Part shown: positions 53,101 to 64,000 of the stretch, piece after piece | Position numbering within the stretch: position 1 is the stretch's first letter | Layout: every line of letters begins with the position of its first letter | NCBI RefSeq assembly: GCF_000181795.1 | Contig: NW_003526945.1 | Span: 3,830,108 to 3,894,107 of the forward strand | From: Trichinella spiralis | Lineage: Eukaryota | Length of the DNA stretch: 64,000 nt | Direction: 5' to 3' | Made by a program: the position numbers and the translations under genes | The notes under the pieces: generated by a model | The model's input: the letters and a program-made list of their open reading frames with translations, nothing else | The model's database searches: none | What the model was told of the DNA's origin: nothing

Positions 53101-56100
53101 GTGTGACGTGTCGTGCGATTTGAGTCAGGGCTGTTGGGGACCTGGCTCAGAGATGTGCTTTGAATGCTTGCATTGGCGCCTTGGCAACGTGTGCGTTGAT
53201 GATTGCTCATCTGACGGGTAAATGTTACATTTATCTTGCCATTTAAATTTCTTTTCATTCACTGGAATTCTTTTCAGCGAATATCAAGCAGCACCCAAAC
53301 AATGTGCACTATGTCATCCAGAGTGCATCTCTTGCACAGGACCAGTATGGATGGATTTCGATATTTCATATTTCATGTACTAGTCAAATTTTTTACAGGG
53401 TTCGAGAAATTGTACAAAATGTCGCCACGTTAGCCTAGATGGTGAATGCATTCGCAGTTGTCCACAGGAAACTCATTTTGAAAATCCAGCAACTCACGTC
53501 TGTGAACCTTGCCATGCCAACTGTTACAGCTATGGGTAGAGTGGTTTCGTTTTTTATTTTTTCGCTAAAAGTTTACGTGAAATTGATATTTTTTTCCCAG
53601 ATGCACTGGTTCTGGAAATTTTGTTGGTATTGCTGGTTGCAATCGTTGCAAATACGGAGTATTTGACGAAGATACCCAATCTATAGTAAATCTATTACAC
53701 CAGCATTGTAAGCTCAAGTTTTTCTTATCACTTTTTATGTTGTAGACACGCTGTTTGCGTGAATTGTCTGCTGAGCGACTTTGTTCAGAATTTCCAGATT
53801 TGGAAAACTATTACTGGACTGTGCCGCTGTCTACTAAAATTCAAACAGAAGTTGCCCATGCTGTAAGCATATATATATATATATATATATAAAAGAAATT
53901 TACAAGCTTATGTGTCAATTACAACATTACGAATAATAATAATTATTATTATTATTGTTAGGTGTGCATGAAATGTCACCCAGCTTGTAAAAGCTGTTAT
54001 GGATACGGTGTTGATTTCGTGCATTACGGTTGCGACTGTTTGAACTACACTTATCGAGAAACTCCAACAAGTTCTGTTTGCGTTCTGCAGTGTCCCAAGT
54101 AGAATTTTACAGCAATTTATATTCACTTATGTCGCCTACAATTTGCTCTTCTTATCATTTTAGAAATACATTCATTCGTCCAGCTCTGGATTCTGGTCGT
54201 GCTGACGAATGTATACCTTGTGATTCACAATGCGACGGATGTATTGGACCAACTTCAACCGATTGCGTTGAATGTGTCACTTATAAAGATTATCTGTCAG
54301 ATACAGACAGGGTACGTGATGTGGTGCGAGTATGGAATATTTGCGTGAATATGATTTTCGTAATTTTCAGTTCAACTGTACGAACGTTTGTCCAGCCGAT
54401 AGACCGTACATCTCTGCCGACAGATTGTGCACGGATATTAATATGGACGAAGTTATCTATGAAAAGTATAAAATTAATATTGTTGAAAATTACGAATGAA
54501 ATAAAAATGGAATTTTCAAGGAATAAAAGAATGCAAACTATTGTCATCAGCGCAGTGGTTGCAGCATTGTTTCTTGGTTTTGTCGTCTTTCTAATTCTTA
54601 TACTCTTCATGAAGCGTAAAGCGTCGTTGTTGGCTCACCTGGAAGAACCAGATCCGAAATTGGAGATCAACTCTGAAGCTTGTCCCAATTTGACACGCTT
54701 GTTGCTAATTCGAGAGAGTGAGCTTAAAAGGGGCGGCATTTTGGGCTATGGAGCTTTCGGTGCCGTGTACAAAGTGAGAAGCGTTTGTCGTGAGTGGAAA
54801 GAAAATTCTTCAAATAAACGGGTATTTTTTGTTCACCGTAGGGTGTTTGGATTCCACAAAAAGAAAAAGTCAAAGTTCCCGTGGCAATCAAAGTATTGCA
54901 CGAAGCGAATGCGGCTGCCCAGCAGGAAACACTGGAAGAAGCCCGCATTATGGCCAGCGTTTCCCATACGTATTTAGTTCGACTGATTGGTGTTTGCGTG
55001 GGACAGCAGATGATGCTTGTGACACCGTTGATGCCTTTGGGCAACCTTTTGGATTATGTGCAAGAGAACAAGTCGAAAATCGGTTCGGCTGCTTTGATTC
55101 GTTGGTCTTCCCAAATAGCAGGCGTGCGTATTACAGATTTTTCTATTTCTTTTTTTTTGGTTTTTCTTTTCTGCTTCATTTCATTTTTTTTCTCTTTTCG
55201 ATTTAAGGGAATGTGTTATCTTGAAGAACACCGACTTGTCCATCGAGATTTGGCTGCGCGAAATGTTCTCGTGAAAACCCCTTATCACGTTCGAATAACT
55301 GATTTCGGTTTGGCTAAACTGCTCGAATATGGCCAAGAAGAGATTAAAATATTCGAAGGAAAAGTATGCGATCATTTGAACACTTCAATCAATCAGTGGA
55401 GTTTTATTGATTTGAAATGTAGATGCCCATTAAATGGCTTGCCTTGGAATGTATCCAATATCGACGATACACCCACAAATCCGACGTTTGGGCATTTGGT
55501 AATTTTATATATGAGTTATCTTTATTTTTTTCATTTTTTTTCACTCCCAAATGTTGAATTAGGTGTTACATTGTGGGAATTGTTCACTTTTGGTGAAAAG
55601 CCATACAAAGACGTGCCGTTGCATGATATCCCTCGTCTATTGGAGAACGGTGAACGCCTTCCTCAACCAAAAATTGCTACTTTGGATATGTACATGCTCT
55701 TAATCAGATGTATGTTGTTGTTTGATTGGAACTTTTTTTTTGTTCATTCAATCAAAATTTATACAATTTTATCTCAATTTAACGCAATCAAGTGCGAAAA
55801 TTGCAATGTTCTTTAAAAGCACAAAATACAGTGAAACTTGCTTTCATTTTTCTACGCTTTAGAGCTTTCATTTCAGATTTTTGGCAGGTTAATTTTACTG
55901 TCAATAATAGCATTCTATTATACATGTATATATCTAGAATTACTAATTTAAATTTGCCTTAGGTTGGATGGTTGATGCTGATGCACGTCCGTCTTTTAAA
56001 GAATTGCGAGAATCGTTTCTAAAAATGGCCAAAGATCCTGGTCGTTTCTTAGTAGTCGAGGTGAGTTGTAAATTCGTTGCGTAAAAATATTTTTAGTTTA

Positions 56101-56899
56101 AATTTAAATTAAAAAAAATAAAAATTTAGGGCGATGCTCTGTTGCGCCTTCCGACTTATACACCGCAAGATCAGCAGCAAATGATCCGTCAGTTAATTGA
56201 CGATCCGGACGTCATAGATCCTGAGGATTACTTTTCTGCGCCTACAGCGTCCCCTCTAGTATCACCAGTTACACCTACTAAACCAGTAAGAAATAGCTGT
56301 TTTTTTAAATGTTTCTGCAACAATTAAAAGCTTTTTCAGCTGATTGATGATGTTGAGATGAGACTTGCTTGCGCTCCACCGCACAGGCATGCAGGTTCTG
56401 TTAGCCAGCGTTACGCGTCTGATCCTGTAAAAAGTAAATTTCATCTTTGATCATAATATAACAACTGCACTAATTTTTCGAAAGTTTCTCATTGCAACTG
56501 TACTATGGCGGCTGGCTGTCGTTATAGGCAAACTTTTGGACAATTCATCGCTGTCTACTGATCAAGACAACTACTTAATTCCTGACTCGCAGCAGCCACA
56601 AAGACAAAGTTTCATCCACGAAGACGATGGGGTTTTTGTCAATTATTCTCCAATGCCAGCGTATAATGGGTACAAAGTTGGTAAGCTTCTTACATTTTAC
56701 AAAATAAATACTTGACAAAGCCAAAGGGAACTTTTTCCCAGGGAATCACGTGTATTATAACGATTTTCCGCCGGAAAAGTCGGGCATATGTTTGGAAAAC
56801 TTTGAATACATGCAAGGTGGCAACGGTGGCGCAATTTATACGAACACTTGTCCTGTCGATTGCAACGCAGACTCTGTCCAAACGGAAACTGTCGTATGA
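43635..56899 (+). CDS. let-23: Epidermal growth factor receptor (let-23/EGFR ortholog); signal-peptide exon 43635-43725, ~7.2-kb first intron, remaining exons from 50937
   Basis: Signal peptide exon with a phase-1 GTGAGT donor joins [23 protein letters not shown] (L1 domain). Furin-like Cys-rich repeats ([13 protein letters not shown]), L2 domain, extra Cys-rich repeats, TM segment [23 protein letters not shown], kinase [26 protein letters not shown]. The tail has YxN sites and ends ETVV*. Confidence 0.95.
44109..44140. repeat. (AT)n microsatellite in EGFR intron 1
   Basis: Read directly. Confidence 0.9.
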
Positions 56900-57769
56900 A
56901 TTGTTGGTTGTTTCACTGATGCAACATTTTCCACAAAGCTCAGCATTATCGATCTGTTCGGCTTTTTCTTGTCGGCCCTAGTTAGTTAGCGCTTGCGCTA
57001 AACGCTTTTGCTGGTCAAACGCTTTAAAAAAATCTTTTTTTTTGTTTCAATTAACAGAAACATTTTCAGCATTATTAATTAGTTAGCTAGTTGTTCAGTT
57101 GACTTGCCGGCAGTTTTTTTTTCCAAATATTCACATTATGCTTGCAATGTAAAGTGTATTTATTCTATTATTGATGTTTTTTGTTGAAACTGGCACGTTT
57201 CATATCTGGCAATGAACACTTTGTCCATGATCACAGTGAAACAGTGCTTCTGTGGCCATTTTCTAATGAAAATTTGTTGTACATTATTCTATTTCAGTTG
57301 TTATTCATGTTTCATCTTTGACATTGTTGTAAAGCAATTTTTGTTGATTGTTTAGAAGAAAAAAAACAGCTTTTTAGCTTTGTTCATACATAAAGTTTAT
57401 ACGTAAAATTTCTCGAAATAAAAAACTGTTCCTCTTTCTGTTTATAACTGAAATATTTTCTCATGTTGTATAATAGCAACTGGAAATATTTATTTGGCTT
57501 CTGAAATATAATCCGCTCTGATAAAGAAAGAGCAAGCAAGAATGCTTGGATGTCCATTCATGGATCGTTAAACTTTAACTTCAATTTATTACAGGTAATG
57601 ATGAACATGAACAATGGACAATGAATGGAATACAATGTGATTGATGTTGAAAGAGAAAATTGTGGGTTTTGAAAAAAAGTTTTGAATCGCATGCTTACTA
57701 AATTTCACCAGATGTATATAAATCGATTATTCCACATTTGCTTTGTCACCCGTGTTGTTTCGGCACTTT

Positions 57770-60359
57770 TCAGACAATCGGATGTCTGCTGTCGTGAATG
57801 CTCGGCGCTTGGAGCATGATTAAGCATGTACCACTGATAAAAGTAAGCGAAAATGTCCACAAGAAAAGGCGATCCAGTACGTTTGCAATGTAACGCCAGT
57901 CATCTTTGACCTAAACGAATTGTCAAAGATGCAAAAAAGAAAGCTACACTGAATGAATGCAGGATGTGTTGAAAAGGGGGGACGTACTTCATCTTCGGCG
58001 GCTTTTTTCCGAAAATGGTTAGCGATGAAGCATGTACTTCTGACAGCGCTTGCAATTGCCGCATTCTCCTCCTCGTCGAACCACGTCTGCTGAGGACTTG
58101 TGGACGATGAACTCTGACCGGCCACTTCGGCCGTTTTGCCCAACTTTGGCAACACGGTCATCATGATCACATTTTCGCTTTGGTTGAGCTCGAACGGCGG
58201 CGCTTTGTCTGCAGTTGCAACCGACAACGGCTCCGGTTCTGGCCTGCGCATCATCAGCAACTTTGGTAAAAAATCCAAAAACAAATACCGAATCCAGACG
58301 GAAAATCGATGCGTTGCCGGCAAACGATAGTGGACATTCAACGTGAACACCGTGACCGCGATGCTCAGAGTGACCATCACCATTGTGAAAAGCAAATACT
58401 TGCCTATTAGCGGTATTATTAGGCTGGTGCTGGGGATGATTTCCACCAACAAGTTGAAGAACATGGTCAGGCAGATGAGAATCGACACGCTCAGCGACAC
58501 TTTCTCCCCCGAATCGCTTGGCAAATAGAACACCAGAATGGTCAAGAAGGAAATTCCAATGCAAGGAATTATCAGATTTACACTGTAAAACAGAGTGCGA
58601 CGGCGAAGATAGATCTGAAATTGACGAAACATCATCCAATCAGATCAGATCAGATCAGATTAAATCAAATGTTGGCAATTGATTCAATATTAATCATGCA
58701 AAGTGTCAGTGATCAGCAATCATTTCAGCAAATTACAACAACAAATCAACCATACGTAAAATGTGATGTCAATGTACGGAGCTCGACAACATTCGTATCG
58801 TTCTTCGTGTCGCTTCACTGGAACTGCCATAACATCCCATTCTGTCGACGGCAGAAAATCCGAAAGATCCACTCCATTAGGAACGATCCAAACTAGACGT
58901 CCATTTTCCCTCGTTATTTGAACGTCGTCTTTGTCATAATGGATGAGATCCACTTCGAAACCGTCGTACGTCCAAGAACCTGACAGTCAAGCAAAAGTAA
59001 GTGAACGAACGAACGCTTTTGATTGCTTTTTTTTTAAAAAAAATTTAAACTTCAAATATCGAACATTTTGAAACATTTACCAAATTTTAAATCGCAAAGT
59101 TGCTCGTCGAAAGGAAACCATTCTATATCAATGGGGCACATGCTTTTGTAAATAGCCGGCGGTTCCCATACAACTGTTCCATTGTAATAAACAGCCGCTT
59201 TTGTCACAGCACTGACTTGATAATTTCCGTCTGCGCTGAAAAATGATCCATTTGTTGTTGTTGCTTTTATTTTAACGGATCTATTGCAGTTTTCATTTCT
59301 TTTTACTTGTTGTAAAGTACAACGTTTGGTGTCCAGAGTTGATCAGCAGGAACGTAAAGAACATCCACCCCTCCGTAGTCGTTTGGATCCCAGTTAATAT
59401 TACTGTCCGTCCAGACCTTGAAAAATACTCTTAACCCAAGGGAAACGTGCAAAATGTTCATTTTTTAAAATAAATAAATAAATTAATTAATTAATTAATT
59501 AAAATGCCAACTAGTTCAGCTAATGAAAATAAACAATCCTTACTTGTTTTATCCAGATGTTGGTAGTGATAATTTGATTTTTTTCATGCTATAAAAGTAT
59601 GAAGAAAAAATCTTTCGATGTTTTTCTTTTAATATTTTGCTTATTGAAAAACTGTTTACCACATCCAACAGTTGGGATAGGCGTAGTTTAACTTTCACTG
59701 TTACGGCATCGCTCGTGTTTTGCACTGGGCGTAGCAGCTTGTTGTATCCGGTTAAAATGTCTTGAAAAAGACGACGCGCATGTTCGCTTCTGCTGCATGT
59801 GACGACATCTATATTTGGCAAAAGAATATTCATCGGATAAAGAAAGAGTTACTGTTGAAAGTTAAGTTGTTAAGCTGAAAGTCAGTTTCATACATAAAGT
59901 TATCATAAATAAGGTGGATGCATTAGATTTATTATTATTTGGTTTGTTAGCTTTCTGCAAATTTTGAAATAAAATTGAAAATATATGAAACCATAAAATA
60001 CACATTTGTTGTTCTCCAAAAGTTATAATACAACAAGTGAAATAGTACGTTAAATGGCATCGCGTTTTGTTTCAGCTAACTCGTCACGGAAATTTCATTT
60101 TCTCAATGTGCTATTGATTCGAACGGATATAGTCATTTTTAAGATCAAAGCGTTGAATAAAATAGCGCTAGCTGTCAGTATTATTGGCTTTCAACTTGAA
60201 ACAATATTGGTTAAAATTTCACATCGACACATAAATTTCATATTTAAAATAAAAATAACTTTTACCTTTCAACAAAATAACGCTTAATAGCAGCAAGAGA
60301 GTGGGTATGTGGTGAGGGAAATTGGAGGAGAATTTTTTACTTTTAACAAACGGCCACAT
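57770..60359 (-). CDS. Nicotinic acetylcholine receptor alpha subunit (UNC-63/UNC-38-like group), ~8 exons
   Basis: Signal exon 60266-60359 ([37 protein letters not shown]), YNKLLRPV, Cys-loop [20 protein letters not shown], loop C YECC vicinal cysteines, M1-M3 ([28 protein letters not shown]) and M4 [15 protein letters not shown]. Confidence 0.95.
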
Positions 60360-63300
60360 AGGAAAAAGAAACAACCAATTTAATCAATGCAGCAGATATT
60401 TATATGAAAATCACGGTTGATTGTTGAGTTGGCTTAGAAGAAATGACGTGCAAAAAGAAAGTATCCTCAATCTCAACGAGCGTCACTCTACTAGTAGTAG
60501 TAGTAGTAGTATTAGAAGACGGCAGGCCAGTAGACACACACACACACAATGCACTCACTCACTGCTTTCATCTTTTTCTTCTTCTTCTGGTCTCAGCTGT
60601 TCACTTTCTTCATTCAATATTTCCAACTGACATGCTTTAGCTCGCTTCGCTCGCTAATGTCGCTTAATATATCAAATTCAGGCATCCGCTGAAGCGAACT
60701 AGCAGCACTGCTAGCTATCGTTTAACTGCCCGCGTCCACTCGTCGAAAATAATTCAACCCATAAGTTGTCGAACTGAACGTCCAATAATTTTCCGACACA
60801 GGCAGCAATGCTTTTTGCCAACCAAAATTGTCATAATGCTTTCTTCTGCTTGCGCTGATAGATGGCAGTTGACAGAACCGACTGAAAATTACACTGACAC
60901 GATCAATCAGTCAATATATGCATATACCCTTATATATATGCATATATATTACGTTTAAACAAATCTCATTGTAGAGCTTTTTAACAATCGAAGCAACTTT
61001 GATCTGACAGCTAGCTCATTCATAAATCAAAATAATCAATCCATTCATAAAGCCATGCCAATTAGTATTTAAAAAACAATCTCATTTAAATTTGTTGACT
61101 TTAAAATTTAAATATATAAATAATACTTTGCATTTTATTCATTTCATGTTTAATAATAACTTAATAACAATAATTTTTATTCATTTATTTGTTATGCTTC
61201 AACTAAACCTACTTAATATACGGTATATAAAATTTTCATTTATTTTGCTTGAAACAAATTAAAATAACAATTGTCGATTTAATGCAATCGATTTTCTTAT
61301 CAGTATGCTTGGTTGATGTTCCATAACAGAAATTTGCATTTGAAAGCAAGAAAGATTATATTTTGTTCTTGATCTTCATAAATTGAAATTTTTCAACGAT
61401 ATACGCCCACGTTGCAGTTCATTTTATCTTCACATTGTAACTTTTGTAAAATGCTCTTAGTACACAGCATGTTAGCAGATTCAGATTTTTATTATTAACG
61501 CAAATTAGCTCACCTTGTTCATTTTTATCTGCACATTCAAGCATTGCAATGCTTATTATTTGTATATTTCAGTTGTAATATATATACATTGTGCTGAAGT
61601 TGTATTCAAATTGAACATATGAATGATAGATGTTAGAAAAGTTAAAAATAAAAAAAATGGCAAATATGTATCTGTAGGCTTTGAGTTAATTTTTCATTGT
61701 TGAATAAATTGGAACTGATTTTATAACTTTTCATATCATCAGAATCATGTAGCTGCTTCTCTTCGCGCGTCACAAAGTCCCTGACACAGAGAGGGAAACG
61801 TTTCGTTTGTTGTAACACGACGAACATATTGAACACTAATTAACTGTGGCGTGATCTGAATTTATATCGGCTTGCGCACAACTTTATGCAAATTGAAATC
61901 ATTGTTGCTTGCAATATAAGAACAGTGGGCGATATAAGCATTAGCTGTTGGTCATAAAAATTTTCCACTTGATGGATGGTATTTTCAATACTACCAGATG
62001 GCTGAAGTTCAGCTTAATTGTTGAGTATTGCAATGGAATGATTGATACGTAGGTCTTTTAGTGGATATTGAGAAGATAAATGGAAATCTGTAACGGCAAT
62101 TGCCGAAATGATTTCTTTTGAAGTCATTATGCGACAAATGGTCAAATTATCAATATTAATTCAAAGTTCAATTCATTTGAGATTTCTTTTATTGCACCTG
62201 AGTGGTATGTGAAATTTATGAAAAATTGTTGCAAATTATGAACTTCTCTTTTCTTTGATTCATGAAAGAAATGAGGCGTTTAATAGTGTGGTAATAGTCG
62301 GTGGGAAATGTTCTGATAAATTTGTGGAAAATAATAATTGCATGATATAAATAAGGCAAAGAAAATTGAACAAACTTTTTTCAGTCAACTTCTTTCATGA
62401 AAAGGAGGTTAGTCGTTAGTTGGGTTGGTGATGGCATATTATTTGGTGAAGTTTGCGTTGAAATGACTTTTTACTATATTTAAAATGTGCTAAGCGATCT
62501 TGTAATTAAAGTAATTTGTTTTTCTGCAAAGCAGCCGACAGCCGTGGCCAAGCTATTTCTTTCGCTAAACAGCGCGGTTATTTTGGTGCAATGACCTTAG
62601 CACAGCTTTCAAGCTTTGCGAAGACGCTAATTTTTCCCCAATATTATCGATGATGGCCAGTTTTCCATTTCTCATTTTAGTTCTTTTTGATTGATTAATT
62701 TTGATTTGTTCAGTTGCACGTTTGAGAATGAAAAAATCTCTGCTAGACCTGTTTCAGCGTATTTGAATGGCCATTTTTAACAGGATCCCCGTTGTGTAGT
62801 GTTCGTTTGAAAATTCCGAAATCAGTTGGACGTTCATTTGGAAATGGCAAATTTTAGCGTTCAAGCTTGTTAAGAAAACTCTCTCTCTCTCTCCCTTTTT
62901 CTCTTTCTTCTCTTTTTCACATCATACTATTCCATCATACATCAAACTAGTCTAATATGAAACAGTACTTTTCAATTATTTCATTAATTAAACATGTATG
63001 ATAAATATTCTTCTCTTCTAATCGTATATTGCTTTCAACTCGAAAACATTAATTACATAATCGAATTGTTATTAAATAAGGAAAATAATATTGACAATAT
63101 GAACGTTTTGCATCTAATGGAATTCATGTAATTAAATGGCAATGCTATACCAAGTGCAAATGCTTGGTTTCAGCTGTTTTCAAAATATAACACGAATACA
63201 GTTCTTTTTGCACAGTAAAAGCAATTCGAATTTTCCATGGAACACAGTTTAAATGAGATCACGAGTAAAAGTTTTATAATGGAAAAAGTTTTTCTCAACT

Positions 63301-63759
63301 TGAATATTTGTACAATGAATAATATATATAGTGCACCAGTAGTAATGCTTTGAATGTTAAAAATAGCAACAATTTCGCATAGTTGTAATAAACATTAATT
63401 TTTGAATAAGTATAAGTATAGAATATGATAAAATTTAAAAAAATACAACTGAACAAGTGTTTGTCAATATAAAATAGCCAATAAATATTAGAAAGATCAC
63501 GTTAACCAATGAGGATGCCTATGGTAGCTTTGTATCCAATAAGATGCAAGTTACCGCAGTTTCATCTGGACTTTTTACCACCGTTTGGCGAAGCGCTGCG
63601 CGTGTAATTTTTTTTGTTATATTTTATGTGGAATTGGTGCTTTCTGTGATAATTTCTGCTTCTGTCGTGCAGCTGGTAGTTCATTTTCTTCTTCGAATTT
63701 TTGTTGTAAAAATTGTAAATCTGAAGAAATTCAATATCAATTTGAAATGAAAAAGCAAT

Positions 63760-64000
63760 ATGGAAATTTCAAAATTGAATGAAACTGTCGAATTTGACAA
63801 ATTTTCATATTTAAAGAAGAAAAAGAAGAAGAATTCAAATTTTTCAATTGAATCTTTAGTTGGATCATCGGAAAGTAATGCGCCAGCACCACCACCACCA
63901 CCACCACCAGCAACAAGCAGTGCTGTATTGGCGTCAAATTTTGCATCTTCTGCAAATGAAGTTGACCCGGTCGTGGATATGATTTCCGGTGTGAATAATT
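63760..64000 (+). CDS. 5' end of a probable transcription factor with an eh1 (Groucho-binding) motif; open to the window edge
   Basis: MEISKLNETVEFDKFSYLKKKKKKNSNFSIESLVGSSESNAPAPPPPPPATSS..: basic patch, FSIESLVG and poly-Pro, with no stop before position 64000. Confidence 0.55.
   Translation, partial: MEISKLNETVEFDKFSYLKKKKKKNSNFSIESLVGSSESNAPAPPPPPPPATSSAVLASNFASSANEVDPVVDMISGVNN

Noticed and set aside
63585..63782. Cys-rich 65-aa ORF (metallothionein-like?)
   Set aside because: Non-ATG start and TG-rich low complexity; the neighbouring eh1 frame is more plausible.

Overview
Eukaryotic genomic DNA: AT-rich, gene-dense, with many short GT-AG introns and TTTCAG/TTTTAG acceptors. The style suggests a nematode, probably a basal clade I species such as Trichinella (inference). 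I rebuilt the spliced genes by eye. In order: INO80E-like (+), tRNA-Ser(GCT), a short GOLIM4-like type II membrane protein (-), a divergent WDR5-like WD40 protein (+), and the cohesin loader Nipped-B/NIPBL (+, about 15 kb). A 4.8-kb Nipped-B intron holds a single-exon antisense ORF for a 727-aa protein with about 16 TM helices, apparently built from four tandem MS4A/CD20-like modules. Next come IFT43-like (-), MED26 (+, with a perfect RFX X-box in an intron), a catalytically dead KSR-family pseudokinase resembling KSR3 (-), NSUN5 (+), EGFR/let-23 (+), a nicotinic acetylcholine receptor alpha subunit with unusual pore residues (-), and the start of an eh1-motif protein running off the right edge. 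The best novelty candidates are the nested 4x4-TM protein, the KSR3-like pseudokinase, the nAChR M2 substitutions and the X-box/IFT43/MED26 arrangement. No database searches were run; homologies come from recalled motifs and exon coordinates are approximate.
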